From the NCBI RefSeq assembly GCF_036588685.1, contig NC_086379.1, forward strand, positions 63,054,001-63,118,000: DNA of 64,000 bases, written 5' to 3'. The stretch comes from Mytilus trossulus. Lineage: Eukaryota. A model generated the notes under the pieces. The model searched no databases. It worked only from the letters and a program-made list of their open reading frames with translations, and was not told the DNA's origin. Each line of letters starts with the position of its first letter. The stretch's first letter is position 1. The translations under genes were made by a program, and so were the position numbers. This document shows positions 52,369 through 64,000 of the stretch, one piece after another.

Positions 52369-55300
52369 TAAATATAAATATACATGTACTATAATGCTGA
52401 GTCATATGGCTTTCACATTTACATGTTATGTTTGTGCATGTAATCACAAAAAGGACCTCATTAACAGGCTTACACAAAAACTTCTCAAGCAAGAGTTGTG
52501 AGGAATAGGTACTTAAATTGATAAGTTGATGCTACACATGCTTAAAGGTCACTATCACAAATTGGTTGCCTGATAAAATGTCTCAAATTTGTTTTATGCT
52601 TTCACAGTTCTACAATTTACTTTTAGATACTAATTCATTTGTCTGCTCTGCAGTTTTACAAATGTGTCCTAGACTACTATTCCTCATTTTGACATTTTGA
52701 CATTTGACAGGTCAAACATGCATAGTAGGAGGCAATTACAATGTTGGGGCACCAGTTCTTCCTCTATTTGGAGTTCATGCAATGCCTCAGTTTTGTTTAT
52801 CTTTATGTTTACGGTATCTTCTGAATGGATTTTTTTTAAATAGTTTTATGTAATTTATATTCTGCTGCACAGTAGGTCACACATATCAGTGTGTTAGCAG
52901 TATAAGTAAAACATAATTTGCTAATTCTTAAGGACCAATAATATGTGGGAGGGTAGAAAAGTGCATTATATGGAGACTTTTTATTTTGGTAAATGGTTCA
53001 AGCTGGCCTAGTTTCAGGCTATTTAGATATTTATCTGTTGTGGATTGTAGGTTGGTATTGAAATGAAGTAATATTTTTCTACAAGAAAATTGGTCTGTGA
53101 CGATTTATAGATATATACTTGCTAGTCTGAGTTTGGGTGTGCAATTTTCATGTTTTCTATATGGACCGTGCTCTCATTTCCCGTGAGCCCAACAAGTCCA
53201 AAACATCTCAGAGCAAATCTTAGACTAATTTTAGTTATGGTTGAGGATCTAGATCAGAATTTAGGAACTTACTATTACTGATAATTTTGTACATTTCTTA
53301 ATGTGAAGAATAGACAAAAATGAAATGATTTTTTGCAATTTCATGATAATCTGCATACTCATATATGTACCAGATATCAGAATTAGAGTTTGCAATACTG
53401 CGCCCAATGGTATTATTTGCATGAATTAAACCTTGCAATTATTTCTGAATTTACAGTAACTTTTTGTATCTCAATTTAAAATTTCTAGACAAATGTACTT
53501 TTCTTATCTGCAATCTACATTTTCTAATGCATAGAATTTGTTGTATTATATAATACCAGGTAGTTTTCAAATTCATCGTTTTGTATTGTGTAAACCAAGA
53601 TCATTCAAAAAGTTTAACAGTTGGTGAATTATTTCCTTGTTTTTTGTATATTCATAACAATAACATGTTTTTGGGGTGTAGAAGACTTTTGTAATTATTT
53701 GATGATATGGTTGAAAGTGTATATTGATTAGTTTGTGAAGTATATTTTGTAAATCAAGTTGCAATATTTGTACAAGAGTTTACATTATTTATTTATGTAA
53801 AATAGGATGCAGAATGTATTTATATGGTATAGTATGTTGTATTGAGTGGTTGCAAACTTTTGTTTTTGGAAAATTTTGAAATAAAACATTGAAAATCTAC
53901 AAAGTAAAACTTCTTTTATAGTCATATTTTTTGAGAGATGAAGTTGGTTTCTTTCTGTGTGTTAAAGAATACTATATGTAGCAGTAGAAGTTGCTTGGCC
54001 CTGATTTAGAACATGTCTAGGACTCTAAGTGAGATTTGTGAGTGAGCAAAGGGTCACAGATTTTAGTGTTATGACATCTCTGACTGACACAGATAGTACA
54101 AACATATGAGAAAAGAACACAAATTTGCATGCATCTTACCTGCCAACTTGCCAAAATCTCAATCAGTTTTTAGTACGGCACAACAATAACAAAGGTTACA
54201 TGATTGCTGTGCACAATCTTTTGTTTTCTAGAAAAAGAATTGTGGTCTGATATTGGTATCACATTGTCGACAACCAAAGATATTTGGTTTCCAGACAATA
54301 ACTTAAGTATAAGTAAATAAAAATCTATGAAATTTAAACACAAGCTTTATGACCACAAAAGAAAGGTTGGAATTGATTTTGGGGGTTATGGTCCCAACAG
54401 TTTAGGGGACCGATATAAGCATTTTTCTAGTTTCCAGAAAATAACGTGCGGAATGGTGTATGGATCTCTCTGAAATTATAACATAAGTTTCCATACCACA
54501 AAGGGATGGTAAGAATTGGCTTTAAGGGGTTATGGCTCAAACCGATTAAGTGCTAAAAAGGGAGAAAACAAGTGTGTCCTGGTTAATGGACAAGTACAAA
54601 ACATGATTTAAATGCAGTGTAAGGGAGGTAATTCACACTGTTTATGAATTATGTATAAAGTATTAATGTTGTATTTCCTTGAGGTGATTAACTGTCAATT
54701 TATTTTCCGAAGTTACTGTTATAGATATGCTGATGCAGGTAATTAAATTTTAGCCAATATTTTGTATGTCATTTTCTATTTTAAGATTTGAATGATGTAT
54801 TTAAATAGGTTATTTTGGTTGCAAACTCCAATTGAATCCAAATCCACACCTGTATTAAATGCGAATATTGTGTCCATTTTTGCCCCAACTGTTCAGGGTT
54901 GGACTTCTGCAGTCATATCCAGCTGGGCTACGCCAAACAGTTTATTATTTAATGGTTTACTGAAGATGAGATAATAAGCCCTTATCTTAATTTTATTCCC
55001 ATGATTCTCATACTTATGTTATAATGTCAACCATGTATGGTGGATTCAGAAATTTGTATAAGGGGTGGACAACGACGGCCTAAGAAGGCCAGCTCTAGTC
55101 CAGTGATTCCTTATTTATAATCTACAATCCCCCCCCCCCCCAAAAAAAAAAAGGGGGGGCCTGCCTTCATTATGAACTTACATGTAGCTACAATACCATT
55201 AAATATTTTCTGTTGTATGAAAATTATTAAAGTGACTGATGACTTTTGAAAATATGGACAAAAGGACATTTATCTGAATCCATCTGACCTTGTGAAAATT

Positions 55301-56574
55301 AAGACAGTAAATTGTACTTTAAACGATTTGACAAAATGACAACACTGTATGTAGATATAGGAAGATGTGGTATGAGTGCAAATGAAACTCCATCCAAGCA
55401 TAGATATAATGGCCATTATATCTATGATCCAAGTAAAAATTTAAAGAAATAAACCATTATATGTCAAGTTACAGCCTTCAACACGGAGCCTTGGCTCACA
55501 CCGAACAGCAAGCTATAAAGGGCCTCAAAAATTACTAGTGTAAAAACATTCAAACTGGAAAAACAAAATCTATATAAAAACAAGAAACACGTATCAACTG
55601 GTCTGTTACAATAAGTGAAATGTCCACAAGCTACCAATTGGTATGTGTATGCAAGGACCTGGATTTGTATTTAAAATCACTTTCTAAACAAATCTTTGGT
55701 TTATGAGAGGACTGCATTTTTAAATTTTGTAAATCAGCCATGCTTTTCTTCTGACAGGTGAACAATACGTGTCACAAAATATGTTTAATATTAAGATATT
55801 TGAAGACATGATAAAATAACTTAATTCCTGCCTGAACATGTTATATTCAATTATTCTATTCTATTGACACCTGATTGTGTATGATGAATTACTAATATTG
55901 TGTAAATATTAATTAAATTGAAAAAACAACATTGCCGAACATATTTAGCCGGTTATTCCTTGAATGCCAACATCCTTTGATCTTCCGACAATTTACCTGT
56001 AAAATTATGTTGGCATTCAAGGAATAGGTGCAAGCAGTTATCACAACAAAAGTGCATGCTTATCAAAACAATCATACTAATTAAACACAGGTAAATTACA
56101 GGTAGTTAGTTCATGTTTGTCAAGGTGTTGAACATTTTTTGCGGTTACTGCTTGAACCATATGATCACCTCTTAACATAAAACTTTGAATCATCTTTAAT
56201 TGTTGCATCACAAAGTGCCTTTTGTCAGGAATTCCAGGTTGCACAAATTCTATAATAGACTCTTTGGACTTTGATGTTTCTTTTCAATATTTCTAAAGTT
56301 GTGTGTGCTGTAATATCCTCCCATATTTCTGAAAACTTATGTAAGATTACACTATTTTATTTTGTTCAGTGGTTCAGGATATATTTCTTGGTTATAATAT
56401 ATATTACACCCTTATTATTGTAAGTGATTCATAATATATTGTTCAGATATTTGTGATATTTGTTAATTTTGAATAGCATAATATTCGTTTGTAGACAGAG
56501 CACACAGAAAACAGTTACATATATCATAACATTAGCAAATATATTTGCAGATTGACATAAAGCATTACAAAAAT

Positions 56575-57350
56575 GTCAGTATTCACCACAGAAACTAACA
56601 AAACCTTTAAATAGACTTATTAAGAAGGGATATAGTTACGATACTGTTGTCAAGTCATTGAAGATTGCATATTTTGGCGTTAATATTGATTCACTTATAG
56701 GGTCTTTGCATCGGAACTAAACACATTTATTCAAAAAACAGTTGTTGGCATGACACGGGTTATGTTCTTCTCATATATGTTATGATGGTATGATACTAAA
56801 CCCCTGACGGGAAGGATTGTGCCTGATATTCATATGATGAAATCATAATCTTTCAGTCAGTTTAATTGAAGTCTGGAGCTGGCATGTCAGTTAACTGCTA
56901 GTAGTCTGTTGTTATTTATGTATAATTGTCATTTTGTTTATTTTCTTTGGTTTCATCTTCTGACATCAGACTCGGACTTCTCTTGAATTGAATTTTAAAT
57001 TGTTATGCGTTTACTATTCTACATTGACTAGAGGTATAGGGGGAGGGTTGAGATCTCATAAACATGTTTAACCCGGGCGCATTTTTGCGCCTGTTCCAAG
57101 TCAGGAGCCTCTGGTCTTTGTTAGTCTTGTATTATTTTAATTTTAGTTTCTTGTGTACAATTTGGAAAGTAGTATGGCGTTCATTATCACTGAACTAGTA
57201 TATATTTGTTTAGGGGCCAGCTGAAGGACGCCTCCGTGTGCGGGAATTTCTCGTTACATTGAAGACCTGTTGGTGACCTTCTGCTGTTGTTTTTTCTATG
57301 GTGGGGTTGTTGTCTCTTTGATACATTCCCCATTTCCATTCTCAATTTTA
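56575..57350. mobile_element. Interspersed repeat, probable retroelement 3' portion
   Basis: The terminus ttgtctctttgatacattccccatttccattctcaatttt has inverted homologues at about 16550-16660 and 25752-25890. Confidence 0.55.
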
Positions 57351-58326
57351 TTATGTGATCTGATAACAATTGTTGAATATTTTATACAAGCAATTTTCAC
57401 ATTCAACAGTATCATGAGTATATTACAAGCATGACAAGTGTAAAGTTTAATTGATTGTTCATTTGAAAATTCTCATATTAAATAATAAAATATTCAAAAG
57501 GATATGGAATTAAATAAATCTGTATCTTTTTTTCTTTTAGTTTGAAATAATTTTATTTAGCTAGAATTCCTTAAATACTTATGATATGTCTTGTTTTATG
57601 TTCCATTTCCAAAATATTTTTTAATCAAAAGTTATAAAATGTTTTAATTTCTCTTTTACTTTAAAATACATAATACTTTTAACCCAAAAAGCTATTATTT
57701 TTTCTTATCAAAAAGTGATAAAATGTTGCAATTTTATTAAATTCACTAATTATCTTTAACATTTAAATACTTATAAAATAATTTAGACAGTAATAAAAAC
57801 ACCAGTGACCAATTGTTCTTACATAAACATCTATTGAAATATTTTTGTTGGCATTCAAGGAATAGGTAACATATAAAATGTTGGCATTCGAGGAAGACAC
57901 CATTTAGCCAATTAGCATAAACAGTTCTCACAATTTATTATTTATTTGTTATTTGCAAGTGGATTAATAAAGACAATTGTATTAATATTTATTTAATTGT
58001 TCTCTGTATTCTGTCATATTTGTATATACCTTGTTTTATGCTAAAGCAATGTTGTTGCTAATGCAATAAAGATTCATTCAATAATTATGAATTATTAATT
58101 TCCTGAATTTCTTCACCTGTTTTCAATGTTTTATGTAATTAAATGATAAAGTATTACAAGAATTTTCGACATCAAATGAATTCGGGTAAAAAATAAAATT
58201 AACACAACGGCAGGGACATTTATACTAAGTATTATGTACCATATATCTGAGACTACATGTACTTTAACTCGGACTATATGTTACCTCGTCAGTAGTTGCA
58301 TGTATATATCATGGACGCATAAAATT

Positions 58327-58448
58327 CAGGGGCGGATCAAGCCAATTTAAAAAGGGGGTCCAAACTATATGTCCCCATTCAAATGCATTGATTGTCCAAC
58401 CAAAAGGGGGTTTCCAACCCCGGAACCCTCCGCCTGGATCCGCCACTG
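58327..58448. mobile_element. 122-bp MITE with 5-bp TSD (hAT5-like)
   Basis: aaatt|CAGGGGCGGATC ... GATCCGCCACTG|aaatt; relatives at about 3037, 20183 and 24293. Confidence 0.82.
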
Positions 58449-61400
58449 AAATTGTTGTCGTCTCTTTGGCGTACTCCCTCAACATCTCCTTTTAATCATA
58501 TATAAGCCAAAAACATTAAAAAAAACGGGTGCATGCACAAGAACGTATCTGTGCAAAATTGCTTGGAATTCTATCAATCAGAAAAACAAACAAAAATTTT
58601 GTTCTTTTCTTTAATTGTATTTGAATCAGGCCGACAGTTTTCTTATTTCAACTGCTTTATATGTAGTTGTTGATTCGGGACATTTTATAGCTTGCTTTGT
58701 GAAATGGGTGTTTCTCATTGTTGAAGGTCGTACGATGATGTGTAGTTGCGAGTAATTTTTACGTCATATTTGTCTCTATTGGAGAGTTGTCTCATTGGCA
58801 ATCATGCCTGCAGCCAATCTCCATTTTTATATCTTTTTGCGCCAAAAAGTAACTCATTTGCGCCACAACTTAATTGCGCCAATACTTCTTTTGCGCCACC
58901 TAATTTTCGAAACTACAGGTATCATTTGCGCCAATAAAACAATCATCTAATTGCGCCAATTTTATTTATTTATATTTATTTATAACAACTAAATGATTGA
59001 CTTCCCTTTCCTTTATCCGGCCTTGGGAACGGCAGTTCTTGCAATTTTCACCAAGTAAGAAAAACATTTTCTTGTAACACGCTTCTGATTTTGACGGCAA
59101 CAGACAAAATACTAAGGGAATGTAAAGCCATGTATAGTATAAAGTTGTTTGAAATATTTTGGACAACATTTATAGGTACCATCAGCAAAAACTTCCTCTG
59201 TACACATTGTACACATGCATACATTTTAGATTAGCCTCGCATCTTATAAAATTAGCCCGCTTTTTTTATCGTTAACAATACAAAGTCATCATCTTTGTTT
59301 GTAACAATTAACACAATATCATCCAATATTCTGTGAAATTCTGCTTGTTTGTTAGGTTGAGCCGGATGCAGTTTTCTTCTCTCTCTATACATTGAATGAC
59401 GCACATATTTTAAATCTTTCTTTATTAAATTGTATTCTTCAATTTAGAAAAGCTCTGAATTTATCATTTTTAGAAGGTTGTTATGACAACATATCGGTTG
59501 CTTTTCTTTTTCAGACATCTTCACTCGTGGAAAAATATTCTATTACTAAACAATTCATTTTTTTTCAAATTTGACGAGTGTTCAGTTAAATCTTAAGTAG
59601 AATGGTAAATTATAGTAAAACATGTGGTGTCAACGTATATTTGTTCCACCTAACAGAAGTTCCAGTGGAAACTTTATTATAAACAATGTCATAATACCTG
59701 TACCTGATGGAACAAATATTCTATACTATTTATTCCGTTAGGAACATCTACTGTAACATTTATTCCTGAGGAAATAATATTCCAGTATAGTTTTTCCCTT
59801 TGGAACTTATATTATGAAGGAACTTCTATTCCGTGACAGCACAAGTATGATACAAGTATAAAATTTATGTACAGGTCAATGTGGCGCAATTTCATTTCAT
59901 TTATTGGCGCAATTAATACCATCAAAATAAAAGAGAGTGGCGCAATTTATACCTTTTCAAAACTGCAATTGGCGCAAATTGATTCTGCCCCATTTTATGT
60001 TATATTGATCCCAGCTTCACTACTATAACACGTGCATATTCATGAAACTGGAAGATTTTTATAATAATTCATGTGATATTATACTGTTTAGAAATCAGCC
60101 TATAACCACAGTGTACCACTCTTTATTCTTAATTAAAGACAAACCAACTTTTACACAAAAAAACAACCAATTGTGTTTAGCATCTTTTTGCAAATAAATT
60201 TATATATATTTTATTTTATTTTTTGTATTAGTAATTATATTTTCAAAAATCAAGAAATTAAAAGTCTTGTAATAAGATGGTACACTAAATTATTTATGTA
60301 TTGCAAAAAAGGGCCAATTAATTCTTGTTATTCATATAAATAGAACAACTTTGTTGCAGTGAGTTTGTAAATTTGAGTAAAAATCACTTAATGATGTACT
60401 TGATTCCTTACCAACACTTATTAATGTGGTATAAAATTCGACATTACCTTCAGTAGGTCTTGCTTTGACTATATGTTAACATAGTTATTTATACATGTAT
60501 GTACACAAAAAATACTTCAAGAAGTTGGGGAATTGCCTCCCCTGACTCACTGCAACAACTTGTGATCTATTAACTTATCAGAAAATTATATACTATCATG
60601 CATGTTATTTAATCCATCTTGTATGGGAAAGGATTTGTATAGGCACTGCCTTTTGTCCAATCCATTTGTTTAAATGTACATTTGATATTTGAACAATAAA
60701 ATATTTTTGAATTGAATTGAATAACACGTGCATTGTGAAGGGATATAGGAATTATTTTCTGAGACAAGTGCCTGTGCTGACGACGTCAACATGGTCAACA
60801 GAAGGGTCTCAATATTTCGTGTTTCACATGCAAGAACATCAAATAAATATATGTCTATACTTTCTCATTAATATGTTTTGTCCAAAAAAACTTAAGGATA
60901 CTTTTGATGTAGAAAAACAACTTTTTTATATAAATCTTATAGACAACGGGGACTGAATCGGTTGTCAAGGTATACAACACAGGGGTAATATTAACTTATG
61001 ATTCCGATTTCAGAGCGAGAGATTTGTAAGAGATATCATGATTACTTTTTTTGTGAGAAATCTTGTGAAATATAAAAATACCATTTAATGAACAACTTAA
61101 GCCTGATACGACACAATGGTTTGCAGGTCGACAACCCACTAATTCATTTGTGATAATATAACACTCGAGAGAGAATATTAGATTTCCGCAAACCCTACTC
61201 TTTCTTAGTAAATGTACTACTTTACTAACAATATCAATATATGTAAATATGAAAATATTTTTATTAATTCAACAATTAAAATATTAATAACCTTTCAAAT
61301 GACCCGCTGAGACATATATCGGCTTTTCAAATGTGTATTCTTTCTAGCCATTGTTTTTTTTTTAGAATTCTTATTTCGATTAAAAATTAACATGTATTTT

Positions 61401-61628
61401 TTGTTTATCCAATTCTCCATTAACAAAGTGCTAAAAGAACAATAATTGATATACATCAGTTATTATGTTAAATATTTATTGAAAAAGTTCAATTGATTTA
61501 CCTGTAGAGGGTTTAAATACCTATATAGATTTCACGGTACTCTGATTAGACCAGTAGACTTGAAACTTTTAAGTTAATTGGTAGTACGGTTCTCAGTAAG
61601 TTCTAACCAGGATGTTATAAAGTTGATC

Positions 61629-61698
61629 ATGTCGGAACATTCGTTTTTTACTTTGTGTGTTTTGTGTCTTGGATTGTTTCAGTATGGGTCATCTGAAA
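61629..61698 (+). CDS. Probable first coding exon (signal peptide) of an unidentified secreted or membrane protein
   Basis: MSEHSFFTLCVLCLGLFQYGSSE, then A|gtaagt (perfect donor, phase 1); TATA-like tatataga about 105 bp upstream. Confidence 0.55.
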
Positions 61699-64000
61699 GT
61701 AAGTACAATATTCTTTTATTACTTATGTTCTAAATCATTCATTTTGGGGATACACTCTTGGAAGTATTTTCTGATATTTGGAAACCCCTGTAACCACTGA
61801 CCCAAGTTTTTCTTCACAATTCATAAAGATATTAGATACGAATTTACAAGCACATGTATTAGATATCATATATGTTTGTTCTTTATTCCTAAATACCCTA
61901 ATTTTTGTGTCAGTGTTTACACATAACAAGAAGATAAAATATCGTAGTGTAGAGATATAAGTGTTTATAAGAATAAAAATAGATCACCAAGCATCTTAGG
62001 TAACGTTCTGATCACATCAAAATACACTATTTTGAGAGCATATTTCCTGTTTTGTCACAGTGATATTTTGATCGCATGTACAAAAGAAAATTTATTTTAG
62101 GATTCATATTCGTGTATTTACTAGTGAATAGCTTTGTTCGATTATTTTAGCTCCTTTATTTTTGTAAATATCTTACAGTTAAAAACTTTATTTGTTTACA
62201 GAGGTATTCAAAATCGTGTTTTTTTAAAAAGATTGTGAAAAAGGCATTATAGATAATTACACAATCAGACATTATTTCTAAAGAAGAAAAAAGGGAATTA
62301 ATTTGAACAAGGAATTTAACACTATAATAAAACTGATCCACTTTGTTAATATTTATGTTAGTGTAAATCTTAAGACTGAAAACAAGTTGGGACAGACATA
62401 TCAAATAAAAAACCATGACAACTAAATTGGAATTTAAATCATGCACCAGGGTACAACTAAAACGTACAATAGGTTATTGGCCCTTGTATTATCATAAAGC
62501 TAAATCAAAATTAAACCAAAACAGAGAAAAGGGGGGATTTAACACATTACAGTTTAAATCATCTGTCCAATTAGTATAAGGTTTTCTCTAGTATATGTTG
62601 CACTAAATTATTCAGTATATTAACTGACTGACAATAGTTAATTTATCTATTAAATTATTTTTTGGAACAACAACAAAAAAGTATAAGTCTCATGGATTTA
62701 TTTTACTTGACGACCATTTTCAATTTGTTTTTCGATCGGCCTTGTTGAAATAAAAACCGTATCATATAGTCAAATTATACATATGCCTATACAAGTAGAT
62801 CAAATATACAATTTTTGTAGACTTTGTAAACATTACGTGGAGTCCTTAACCCCCATACAACCCCCACCCCCCAAAAAAAGAAGAATGTATTTGTCTATTT
62901 TGGTTAAATGGAAGTCATGTGCGGACGAATTGTGAAAGGTTATACCAATTTTCAAATGCTGATTTAAAATAATCGATAAGGAAAAAAATACAGATGTTTT
63001 CTTAAATGAAATAGATACATACAAATCCATGAAATCGTTATTGTCCCTCCATGCACGTGGAAAAGTTACAACAAACTATGATTACCTTCCATAATACAAG
63101 GATAGAAAAAGCTTGATCTAAACATTCGTATAGTTGACTATATCTTTATTCAAGGAATGATGATAAAAAAGATTGCTATTAAGTAAAGTATAATTTAAGC
63201 ACAATTTTAAAGCTTCGTCGTTCTTTAACATGACCTTCCCATTTTAACATGGTAATAGATCCTTCCTGTCAGTGTGTTGCAGATATTGAGGATGATCACT
63301 ATTTATTTTTTCTTTGTCCAAAATATGCAACCCGCAGTAGAGAAACCTGATTCAATCTGTATTTTCTCCCAAAAAAAACTGTGGTTCAGATAATATTGCA
63401 GAAACCCTCAACTCTCAAAAGTACAAAATATCAAATTTTCAAACAAGGTGACTTTTGATCAGAAATAAGATTTCTTGTACCTTATGAAGTGTTATTTATA
63501 ACATGGACCCTCATCATCGTCCTCACTCAAACTATTATGTTTCACTCTTTTTATATATTTCCGTCTCTCTTCTTCATTTACAATTCGTATATTATGTATT
63601 AAAGATGGATTATTCTCGTAACATGCATGCTTATATTATACATATACATGTACATGTAATTATTGATTTGTATAACATGTTATATTGTATTACGGAAAAG
63701 ACCTCTTAAAAGGTTTTGATTGTGTCTAATACAATTTGATTAGCTTGTTATTAAATGGAATGAAAATAATTGAAGATTTATATCATAAGATACAAAGTTA
63801 TATATTCCTTAACAGTGAAAAATTATGGTGTGTGTGTATAATGGATTTATGGATACGAAATGCTTTGTAAAAATAAAAGCGCTCCAACATGTGAAAGGGT
63901 ATCAATGGAACCTATTTGACAAAAACACAAAACAAACGAAAGTCAAACAAATAAAAAAAAACACCCATAGAACTTTAATGTAAGAATGTACTGCTAGAAA

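Noticed and set aside
52400-61400. Many 60-115 aa ORFs here and elsewhere in introns
   Set aside because: AT-rich or repeat-derived, with no homology or splice support
63100-63350. Possible decayed LINE 3' fragment (C.C...ED..H..F.CPKY)
   Set aside because: Too short and frameshifted to delimit confidently

Overview
This is AT-rich, intron-rich animal genomic DNA. The repeat content and a C1qDC gene suggest a bivalve mollusc such as Mytilus (inference). Genes built by hand from splice sites and reading frames: (1) the first two coding exons of NDE1/NDEL1 (- strand, continuing off the left edge); (2) two tandem 3-exon rhodanese-family sulfurtransferases (- strand; copy A 16372-19743, copy B 25587-31103); (3) a 2-exon secreted C1q-domain gene (+, 23302-24191) lying between them; (4) a 10-exon SIRT7 (+, 32653-48846, about 1136 aa), head-to-head with copy B; (5) a probable signal-peptide exon at 61629-61698. 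The rest is MITEs, Helentron/HINE-like repeats, SINE-like repeats and LINE/Penelope fragments. Three things stand out. A 46 x 51-bp indel-free array multiplies the SIRT7 exon 7 splice donor in frame. SIRT7 carries a long Cys-repeat insertion in its C-terminal region. Sulfurtransferase copy A keeps its catalytic Cys but has changed the MPST triad and a substrate-binding residue, and ends in a CaaX-like motif.
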